NCBI RefSeq assembly: GCF_030684315.1
Contig: NC_081388.1
Location: 8,602,093-8,666,092 of the forward strand
Direction: 5' to 3'
Length of the DNA stretch: 64,000 nucleotides
Source of the DNA: Stegostoma tigrinum
Lineage: Eukaryota
Shown: positions 1-9,600 of the stretch, piece by piece
Layout of the letters: each line of letters begins with the position of its first letter
Numbering within the stretch: position 1 is the first letter of the stretch
Program-made: the position numbers and the translations under genes
Notes under the pieces: model-generated
Databases searched by the model: none
What the model was told of the DNA's origin: nothing
The model's input: only the letters and a program-made list of their open reading frames with translations

Positions 1-480
1 TATGCATGCATATCTTATCCCTCAGAATCTTCTCAAGTAACTTGCCTATCACACATGTTACGCTTACAAGTGTATTATTCCCAGGTTTCTCTTCTCAGCA
101 CTTCCAATACTTCCAACACCTCCTCCACTGTGACATGGACTGTCACCAAGATATCACCACTAACTTCCCAAAGTTGCCATGTCTTCATGTCATTATTCAC
201 AGTTCACAAAGAGGCAAACTATTCATTGAGAACCTCATTCATCTCCTGCAGTTGCACACATGCATGTCCACTCTGGCCTTTCAGAGTTCCATTTCTCTCT
301 CCAGTTATTTTTATGGCTTTAACATACGGAAAGAATCTATTTGGATTCGCCCTGACATTTTCAGTCAAAGCTGACTCATGCCCCTCTTGAGACATCCTGA
401 TTTCCTTCTTCAGTTAAATCCTGTAACCCCTCTCTCCCTCCATGGCTTCCCTTGATCCCAGTTGCCTGTACCTGATCAAT
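1..480 (-). mobile_element. CR1-like LINE ORF2 fragment (part of the element at the end of each unit)
   Basis: Continuous with the RT-bearing fragment seen at 17850-18960; degenerate. Confidence 0.6.
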
Positions 481-799
481 CCCACCTTCTTTGTTCTGGT
501 AACAGCCTTTTTCATCCAGGGTTCCCTACTCCTGCTTCCATGCTGTATAACTCCATGACTCTGTGAGTCTGTGAAAGAGCAAAGTCAATAGCAATTTTTC
601 AGTTAAAAACTGACAGAGCCACAGATGCAGTGAATCAGAAACAAAAACGGAAATTTCTGGAAAAGTTCACCAGAGCTGGCAGCATCTGTGGAGAGAAATC
701 ATAGTTACTGTTTCGGGTAGAGAGACCCTTCCTCTGAACAATTCTTCAATAGTGGCCAAGGATATGAACATATTGTGTTCATCAATAGGACAAACATTG

Positions 800-1620
800 A
801 GGGCAAATTACGATGTTCAGAACAAGCTACTAGTAAACATAGAGAGCGAACTTACTTCAGTACAGATGTATCGGGGTTGGGGGAGTGGGTAAGTGTGAAG
901 ATTAGTTCACACTGATTGAAAGTGACCTGCACATGTTTCCATAGGAACCGCAACTAAATAAAGATGAAGGCACAGAACATGATTGTGAAGAGATTACCTG
1001 GTCCAAAAACCCAGAATCCTACACATTGTAAAAGAAAATAGCGGCTTCACCAGAGGAGTCCATGATGAAAATTCCACGAGATGAACGCTCCTGAGATGAT
1101 GTTATGGGGCAACTACCTTAGTTATCAGGAAAGAGTTCAGCTGCAAAAGAAATTCAGGAGATGAAGAGTTCTCCAGCTAAGGTGATAGAGTAACGCCCCT
1201 GGGGTAGCACGAGTTTCAACCTCAGCTCAAAACACCAGCATTTCCAGCAGTCTGCTGATGTAGAGCTTTAGAATAGGATCGAGGCCAATAGCCCTCAAGT
1301 CAAAGACCCACCAATCTGCCAAGTCTGAAGAGAATGAATTCAGGGAGAATTACAAAACCTCCAGGATGCCATGAAGTTGTAAAATCGGAGACTTGGGGGA
1401 ATGTGGGGTCACGGTTAATTTAATGGTCCATTCAAAATAGGGTAAGGTTTGATGGAGATGCTGTATGAAGTAATAATTTTGAACGGTTTAACTCTAGGAA
1501 GAGTTTTATCCAATCATGTCTTGAGGATCTTGGAACCCAAAGAGGTTAGAGATCTTAACCTAGATTTCCTCATCATTGTGGGAGCAACTTGGTAAATTAG
1601 GTGGTTTGTGATCACTGTCA
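800..1620 (+). mobile_element. Possible decayed LTR-retrotransposon integrase remnant, one per unit
   Basis: Purine-rich, stop-riddled region with an FNGPFKI reading at ~1418-1440 that resembles a GPY/F motif. Weak evidence. Confidence 0.3.
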
Positions 1621-2309
1621 CTCACTAAATGAGACCTTGTTTTTTCGAAAAAAATGGCCTCTTCTGGTTGAGACTCATTGGTCACTTTACTTGCCCACCA
1701 GCCGGGTTGGTCACGACGAGAGGCTCGTAGCAATGAAGTGCCCTGACCACAATCTGAGGGTGGTAGGCAGGGCAATGTATACAACATGTACCATTCGGCC
1801 CTGTTTACTTTCAGATTGGTGCAGTCGCAGGATCGCAGTAAAAACAGATTTGAAAGCGTCAAACTTTGAAAGAGTCATTGGAAGCAGCAAGGCAAAAGGA
1901 ATCAGGTGAGATATCCACATGCATAAGGCAATGCCAGGGTCCGTGCCAATAGATGAGATGAGCTGACGCACTGAGTGCCAACCCTGCTCTCAATCCCAAG
2001 TCCTCAGTGGCTGGTTACTGGTGCCATCTGATTCCATGAAAAGACATTGCTTTCTGTCTACATTCTTCCTGAAGCTTCCTCGTCTACCCAGAACAACAGC
2101 TGCCCGGCCAATGTCAAGCCAACAATGTAACAAAGAGCCAAGCTTACTGTGAGCCTTTCAGGGGTGGTGAAGGACTGGTTACTGTCCAAACCACCTTAAA
2201 GTAAATGCATTCTGATCGTGTCTCTTTTCAAGTTAAGAACGTGCTGAAAGCGATTCGCAGACACTGGGGTGAAAAGTTTGAGGAGATTGGTAGTTGGGGT
2301 TGTGAATGA

Positions 2310-2679
2310 GGTTGTAGACATGCTGGCCGAGCCGTTGGCTTTGGGTGCAAACATTTCATCGCCCTGGTAGATAACATCATCAGTGTGCCTCTTGGGAAGC
2401 GATGGTGTTCTGTCCCACTTGTTATTTATATGTCTCTGTTTGCTGGAATGGCTGGTATAGCTTCCAGTTCTGTTCCTCAGTGATTGAACTGTCCCAATGT
2501 ACAAACCACTGAGAAACAGAACCGGAGGGAATCCCAACCATTCCAGCAAGCTGAGACACAGAATTAACTAGTAGGACAGAACACCATCGCTTCCCCAGAG
2601 GTGCACTGACGACGTTACCGAGCAGGGTGATGAAACGTTTGCATCCAAACCTGTTCGCTCAGTGAGCACATCTCCAACC
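2310..2679. repeat. Imperfect inverted repeat (~170 bp arms, 24 bp loop), Penelope-type terminal repeat; also at ~11427-11796, 20901-21270, 29971-30340, 39080-39449
   Basis: gttctgttcctcagtg pairs with cactgagaaacagaac; gggaagcgatggtgttctgtcc pairs with ggacagaacaccatcgcttccc; tgcaaacatttcatcgccctg pairs with cagggtgatgaaacgtttgca. Confidence 0.85.
2601..2644 (+). ncRNA. Minimal type I hammerhead ribozyme-like motif, one per unit, with a second copy on the minus strand at 2345-2388
   Basis: GUGCA-CUGACGA-cGUUACC-gagcag-GGUGAU-GAAAC-GUU-UGCAU: the core boxes, stem II and stem I can all form. Activity is unknown. Confidence 0.6.
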
Positions 2680-3169
2680 TGAATGGGGTGAAATTTGAAG
2701 TGTGGCATCTGTGGTAATGTAGGGAGAAGCAGCAGGAATGCTGGGCACAGCAAGATCCCACAGAGGTGCTCACTGAGGGAAAATGAGTGATCAGAATGCC
2801 AGCCAACATTCACCTGTGCTTCTTTGAACACAGTGCCTGGAGTATATTTAATTTACAAGCAAATATGTGAGCGGAATGGTGATGAATTTAACTTTTTACC
2901 CAACATAACGTAGCTCCAACAGTGCTTGCCCACAAAGAGGGACTGAAGCATGGTGCGAGATCATAGAAAGTTAGCCCCAGTGGCTTCTCAGAGAAAGGAT
3001 GAACACAGTAATACTTCCACACACCCAAAACGAAGTGCTCAGAAGCACAGAACACCCTTTCGTTTTCCTCCAGACTGAAATGATTGAATAACACTGTCAG
3101 AGGACAAGCTCCAAGCTCAACAATATTGTTCTTTCTCTGCCTGTGATTGAATGCCGTGGGTAATTACGA

Positions 3170-3460
3170 TGGCCTTGTGGTATTATAGTTAAACCAGAGA
3201 CACAACAGGTGATTTTCTGAGGAGCTGGAGTCAAATCCCACCACAGCAGATGCTGGAATGCAAATTCATTGAAAATATCAGTGATTAGCCTGTCCAATAA
3301 TGACAGAGTCTGTTACCAATTGTTGGGAAGAAAACCCATCTCGTTCACCAACATCCTTTACAGAAGGAAACTGCCATCCTTGCCTGGACTACAGCTGCCC
3401 TCTGGACAATAAACACGCACCTAGCCTGTGCCACCCTCATCCATGAGGAAATTATTTTAA
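3170..3460 (+). mobile_element. Degenerate tRNA-derived SINE with an L2-like tail, one per unit
   Basis: ggccttgtggtatta (A box-like), ggagtcaaatccc (B box-like), aaaacccatct...gaaggaaactgccatcct and a caataaa tail. Confidence 0.5.
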
Positions 3461-4741
3461 AAATTGTTTGACAATGGTCGGTGCCCAGCTTGATGTAAAT
3501 CAAAACAGGATTACTGAAACGCTCCAGGGCACTGAACATCTTAGAACATTTGTGTGAAGATATTACAGGAGGAGAACACATTATAGAGAAACACACCACC
3601 ACAGTAATGGAGTTTTTAAACAGCTAAAGCTTACAAAGGTGCTTGGGCAGTAACTCTCAAATGTGTGTTGTGGCCATCTTTATAATTAGGTCATCAGCAA
3701 CTGGGTATAGTTTTTGGAGCAGAAGGGATGACACTTGATTATTGTTCACCTTCAGGCCCCAGTTGTTAACGAGGGCCTGAAGGCATCTTCAGGCCTCTAC
3801 TTTCCAAAACAGGGCCCCCATCCTGCACTCACATTCAGATGCGATTTGCAGAGTAGATGCTTGAGTCAGGACTATCTGATATCAGACCAAAACTCCCAGG
3901 AGAAAGCCCAGCAGAGAGAAAAAAACAAGCATTTAGAAGAGAAGGCGGATATTGAACTGCGATTTTTTTTTTAATATTAACAAGATAGAGCCAGAGCAAT
4001 GTGTGTCATGCACCAGTTTGATTTACCCCTTAGAATTCTCACCAGTATGTAAGCAGCCCAATTGTCCCCTTTAGTCCACACTGCTACCCCAAACATTCCA
4101 AAGAACAGCCCAACACCCTTTAACCCTACGTCCCACGCCGTCTCTGACCCAGAGTGCATATACATCCCTGTACTCTGGTACACTTTCCCCACGGAAAATT
4201 CACCAGGACTGGCGCACCTTTGGGCTGGAGGAAAACACCTGAGCACTAAACCCAGTCACAGGGTGAGTGTGCAACCACCCCACAGCAATTTGAACTCTGG
4301 TTCCTAGTGTGGCATTGCTGCCATGTAAACCACTAAGCCTCCATGCCACCCATGCCCAGCAGCCAGGTAAAGAGGCACAGATAGAGCATGGAGGGTCAGT
4401 CTGGTCCATGTTTCTTACTCTGAACACCCAGGCATCCTTATTCACAAAGGACCAGATGTAATGGGAGCAAACCCAGGACAGTTCACACCAGTGTTCCTAT
4501 TATAGAGGGAAATGGTCTGAACAGCGATCTCAGGCGTGGAAGTCCCATTTTGTGTTGCCAACAAGACCCTGTGGTCACTGCAAGCAGTGAAGCCTAAACA
4601 GTACATTCAATAAAAATAGATTCAGAAGGTTTTCTGGGGGTTCATAGCATAACCCCAGGGGTAGCGACTCATGATGATGCAGAGACAAACTAGACACAAG
4701 AAACAAGAGACAAGGAGTCACTGCTTTATTGGACTATTCCA

Positions 4742-7577
4742 TCAATAGTTGATTAGAGTTCGCTGGTGCTTCCTGTACAGGAACAAGGCCATCAACGAAG
4801 CAGAGATCAGGGAGACAGCTGTCACAGTCAGGGACAGCATCACAACCAGCTCAGACTGCACACCTACACAGCAAGGAGAAACCAATGGTTACTGAGGGAA
4901 ACTGGGACAAAGAGGCAAACTAGCAGTCAGACAACTCACCGCCTGGAGACATCTCCTGCATCCTTTGCTCAACCTCAGTCAGGGGCTCAGTCGCCAGGCT
5001 GGTCAGCTCAGGATCCAGAATGAGCAGGGGGCCAAGCGAGGCCTCACCCTCCCACTTCAATCCACCTTCACTCTCTGCAGGAGAGAACAGTAGTCAGGTT
5101 CAGGGAAAGCGTGAAAAGCCCCAGAGTCTCATGAGTCAGTGACCTACCAGCTTCAGCTCCAAGGTCTCTCCTTCCTCTGGAGGAGAAGATGATCTCCCCT
5201 GTGCTATCACAGTTCCCCACATGACAACAGGCACAAATGTCACTGGTCGATTCCTCCAGTGGGGTCCAGCTAAACAACAGAAACAGCCCATCAACCACAT
5301 GGAGCATCACCTCTCCCAACAACATCACGAAGGGACTGAGGTGGGGGAAGGGGAGGAAGAAAAAAACATGCTCACATCTGGTGCAGCTTCTGGAAAGTAC
5401 AAGCTTTGTTCCTGGAATTTGCCTGATCTACTGCAGCAACTTTCAGGTGACAAGTGATGAAAATCTGAGGGACACATTCAGCACAAGTCAGTCAGTGTTT
5501 AGTCACTCCCACCCAGTGGGGAGAAGCTAAGTCAGCAGTTTCCTCTTACCAAGGAGAGTTCATCTCCATAGAAGCGGAAGGCATCCAGGTCAAACCTGAG
5601 CTTGTCCGGCTCCCGCTGGTCTCTCAGCAACACAAAGGTTGAAAAGGAGTCCTCAGCTTTGCTGTCCATGAGGCAACTGCAGGTGAACAAAGGACCATGA
5701 AGTGAATGGAGTGAAGCCATTAAGATGGGAGCAGCTGGAGAAAGCAGAGATCTGCTTACCCATTGTAGTCAATGATGCTGTATCCGGGGCTGGAGTCCTT
5801 GTCTGGGCTCAGTGTAGCTACACAACGGTCAATGTACAGCTTCAGGGGCATGTGGTTGTCCATTGAAACAGATGCCTCAATGTGAATGAGGTCTCCCAGG
5901 GAGTAGACAGTGGAAGTGCGCTCTGTAAGCCAGTCACCTGAAGTACAAGAGGACAAGGGTTACAGATAGTAGGTGCAGCTCCCAGTGAGTGACACCAGGA
6001 GATCCCTCTCCAGCCAGCCCTCACATACCATTCATTAGACGCAGGGAGAATGACAGATGCCCTTCTCCAGACCTGGTGGAGCTGAATGGGATCCAGGTGG
6101 GCTTGATGGGGTCACTGCTCACATTGCCCGTCCTGGGGAGAGACAGTGCAGCCATTTTAGGCTAGTGTCAGGTGACAGCTGCAAATAATGTTTATAATCC
6201 AGTAAAGATTCTCACCTCAAATAACGACACACAATGGGAATGACAGCTCCATTGGTTCTCACAATGACAGACCCAGGATAGTTTGGTATGTGGGTCAGGT
6301 GGGTGGCGTAGATCAGGAAGTCTCCAGTCATCTGAAAGACAGCAGATGAAGGAATGGGGAACCAATTTGAAATGAAGGTTCTATGCAACATAACATCCTA
6401 TTTCCACAATTCCTCAGGGAGCTTGGCAGGCTCAGTGCCAGCCTCCTGTTGGCTCACAGAAAGAGTGAGACCAGTTTATTGGCAATACATCATGCTCAGG
6501 GGTTAATCATTTTGGACCAATTTGACAAGCTAGTGCATCAATAGATCAGACAGAACACTTACACTGGAAATACACTTTTGTTGAAACAGATGGATGGGTT
6601 TTGTAGAAAAAGACAGTAGAATCACTGAAGGAACAGGAACATAATCCTGATTCTCAGGCACTGCAGGCACATTTTGGTTTCCTCAGTCATCAATCCTCCA
6701 ATATTTGAGTATATCAGGAATACAAGACAAAACCAAAGTGACCTCAATAAAATTAGTTTCAGAAAACAGAACAGGAAATAATCTAATAGAGAAATAGAAC
6801 ACTTATCTCAAGCCCAGTTATTCCAAAGGCAAGGAAAGTGGGAATTTGGAGTCTTTCAAGAGCAAGGCAACTCTGAAAACTCTTGTTTAGGAGGAGTGAC
6901 ACCCCCACAGGACAGGGATCAGAGGAGCTGACTAAGGAGAAACAAGCCTCAAAACAGAGCTGGTCAAGTTCAGGAGAACCAGAAATAGTCTACAGGCCAT
7001 GGGGACAACAGAGGGGCTTGGGACTTAGAACCCCTTCAGCCACAGACTAATCCAGAAGAGACAATCTCAGTTTGAGAACAAGAGAAAGTAGACCCCGATA
7101 AACACAGAATTGGAGTCAGCATTACAGTAAGGATCACTTTAGACCAAGCTTCCAGCAAGTATGAAGGACTCCCATTACCTGCAATCTGCTGCCACACTCA
7201 TGCAGGCCATAGTCAAAGAGGACAGTGTGGTTCTCAGGGTAGACCCTGGTTGGCTGACAGCCTGCTGTCCCCAGGGTCAGGTCAGCAGCATTAATTAGGT
7301 GCCTGGTTCCAAATAAATCCAACTGGGCCCTGACCTGCAGCTTCTGCTCTCCACACTGCACCATCACAGTCTGCAGTGGGGACACACTCCCACCCTCAGA
7401 CATTCTGAAACTGGAACCAATGGGACCCCCATGAGGAGGGACTCTCTCAGGTACAGGGGTGGCTCTCACTCTTCTCCATGGATACCTCGGGCTCAGAAAC
7501 GGCTGCCAGGTTTCAGAGCAACAAACAGCTCCAAATAACAACACAGAGAACAAACCCATCACTACAAAATCCCCCAT
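4742..7577 (-). CDS. zp3: ZP3-like zona pellucida glycoprotein, copy 1 (type A), 9 coding exons, 463 aa, open frame
   Basis: Exons read by hand with GT-AG boundaries and consistent phases: 7577-7179, 6331-6216, 6132-6029, 5937-5760, 5676-5550, 5464-5376, 5269-5148, 5074-4940, 4863-4742 (1392 nt). The protein has a signal peptide ([20 protein letters not shown]), ZP-N ([10 protein letters not shown]...[11 protein letters not shown]), ZP-C ([11 protein letters not shown]...DRCVAT...IIDYNGCL...IFITCHLK...NKACTF), the ZP3 Cys cluster [10 protein letters not shown], furin site RGRR, an EHP-like LGPLLIL, a TM helix and an RK tail. AATAAA lies at 4730-4725. Confidence 0.95.
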
Positions 7578-7599
7578 GATCACAAACACCACAACCATC

Positions 7600-7810
7600 C
7601 CCTCCAGCCCCCACCCAGCTCCTTTTATACACACAACCTGCACTCACCTGACACCAATCAGACCAGAAGCAGCAACAATGAACCAATGATCCAGCCCCAA
7701 TCTCAGCAAATTCCACCAAAGTCTAAATCCATTGGCTTCTTACCAGAAGGGCCCATTTCATTTGGACCAATAGGAATGGCTGAGAGTTGCCATGCTGTCA
7801 CCTGACTGCA
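7600..7810 (-). promoter_or_regulatory. ZP3 copy 1 proximal promoter (TATA, CCAAT boxes, E-boxes)
   Basis: TATAAAA at 7629-7623, several CCAAT/ATTGG boxes between 7654 and 7771, and CAGGTG E-boxes at ~7645-7650 and 7799-7804. The block is conserved in all copies. Oocyte ZP promoters are known to use FIGLA-bound E-boxes; FIGLA binding here is inference. Confidence 0.7.
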
Positions 7811-7849
7811 TTCAGCTCCACAAGTTCTTCTGGTGATGGCGCCCTGAGT

Positions 7850-8285
7850 ACAGTAGAGTCAGAGAGTGTTCAGGCACAGAGAGATGTTCTTTGGCCCAGA
7901 ACAGTGCATGCTGATCAAAATGTCCATTGTGCTAATTTCATTTCCTCGCACCTTGCCCCTATCCTTCTAAACCTTTCCCATCCATGTATTTGTCCCAAGG
8001 CCTATTAAATGTTGTTAATGTAGCCCCTCAAGCACTTCTGTTGGCCCCTTACTACGTGTGCGCACCACCCTCAGGGTGACCAGGTTGCCATGTCTTTTCA
8101 AGACTCTCATGAGCTTATACACTTCGAGGATATCCCCTCTCAGTCTCCTATGCTGTAAAGAAATTAGCCTGAGCTTGTCCAACCTCTACCTCTATCTCAG
8201 GGTAACAGTTTCACCTTTTCCAATTTAATCGGATTGCTCCTGTAACAAGGTGAACAAAACTGAACACAATACTCCAAGCAGAGAT
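7850..8285 (-). mobile_element. Degenerate CR1-like 3' fragment upstream of the ZP3 promoter, present in every unit
   Basis: Similar to 47190-47735 (ctaaacctttcc...atccatgtatttgtcc). Confidence 0.55.
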
Positions 8286-8710
8286 ACAGAGCCTGTTTTG
8301 CAAAACATCTGCACTTGACTTGCAACAAACAACTTCCAACAAACTGGAGGAGAAGCACCTCATGTCCTGCCTCAGGAGCTGACGCCCAATGGCCTAAAGG
8401 TGGATTTTACCAGTTTTCAAAGCTTCCCTCCCGGTCCTCATCTCATCTCAGGCCTCCTTGGCCTGATACATCCTGTCCTAAGTTCTCTCCCATTTATCTG
8501 CGCCTCCCACCGCACTGACTAATCCCCATCAGCCCTCCCTGCACTCACCTACCACCATCCCACCTATCTTCCCCAGCACCACCCCTCCTCTGTATTAACT
8601 TCTGACCTCCCTTTCCCCTCTCCCATTTCTGAAGTTGGGTCCCAACCTGAAACGTCAACTTTCCAGCTCCTCTGAAGCTGCCTGGCCTGCTGTGTTCATC
8701 CACACTTTGC
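8285..8710 (+). mobile_element. Penelope-like 3' fragment; also at ~17385-17830, 26830-27250, 35945-36370, 41845-42290 and mirrored at ~59620-60060
   Basis: Homologous to the spacer element (aaactggaggagaagcacctcat...cccaatggcctaaa...gattttaccagttt), with the C-rich UTR and a hammerhead-like terminal motif. Confidence 0.7.
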
Positions 8711-8719
8711 CATGCTGAC

Positions 8720-9600
8720 ACTCCAAATAGGTCCTGCATATCTGCAACACAACTTCCCACCTAAGATGCTCATTGCCCTCATTGGCGAATCCCAGCGTGC
8801 CAAACGCCATCTTCACTGCCCTGTCTACCCGTCACTCTGCATTCAGAGAATTGTGCATCTGAACTCCAATATCCCTCTGTTCCACTACATTCCTTACAGC
8901 CCTACTGTTCATCCTGAAATTCCCACCTTGATCTCACTTTCCAAAATGCATCATGGAAACTTATCAAAGGCCTTACTGAAATCCATATGGAAAATGACTC
9001 CTGCCCTCCCATCAAACTTCCTGAACACTTCATCAAAGAACTCTGACAAATTTGTGAGGCATCATCTCTAATGCACGAAGACATGCTGACAACTCCTAAT
9101 CAAAACCTGTCTTTTCATATGCATGCATATCTTATCCCTCAGAATCTTCTCAAGTAACATGCCTATCACACATGTTACGCTTACAAGTGTATTATTCCCA
9201 TGTTTCTCTTCTCAGCACTTCCAATACTTCCAACACCTCCTCCACTGTGACATGGACTGTCACCAAGATATCACCACTAACTTCCCAAAGTTGCCATGTC
9301 TTCATGTCATTATTCACAGTTCACAAAGAGGCAAACTATTCATTGAGAACCTCATTCATCTCCTGCAGTTGCACACATGCATGTCCACTCTGGCCTTTCA
9401 GAGTTCCATTTCTCTCTCCAGTTATTTTTATGGCTTTAACATACGGAAAGAATCTATTTGGATTCGCCCTGACATTTTCAGTCAAAGCTGACTCATGCCC
9501 CTCTTGAGACATCCTGATTTCCTTCTTCAGTTAAATCCTGTAACCCCTCTCTCCCTCCATGGCTTCCCTTGATCCCAGTTGCCTGTACCTGATCAATCCC
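8720..9600 (-). mobile_element. CR1-like LINE ORF2 fragment with an internal ~350 bp deletion; also at ~27265-28140 and ~36380-37250
   Basis: Aligns to 17850-18960 but jumps from the aatgca at ~18068 to catggaaac at ~18426. Confidence 0.7.

Noticed and set aside
6-4445. Many 60-120 aa ORFs that recur almost unchanged in each unit
   Set aside because: The recurrence reflects recent segmental duplication. Most have non-ATG starts, lie in or antisense to transposon remnants, and show no recognisable domain.
7134-7178. ORF continuation [14 protein letters not shown], and the longer tails in copy 2 and the inverted copy
   Set aside because: This is read-through past the exon 1 donor CAG|GTAATG into intron 1.
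7578-7643. ORF-track N-terminal extension MQVVCIKGAGWG...
   Set aside because: It starts at a GTG upstream of the TATA box. The ATG at 7577, which precedes the signal peptide, is conserved in all copies. The ATG at 7598 is absent from copy 3, so it is only a possible alternative start.
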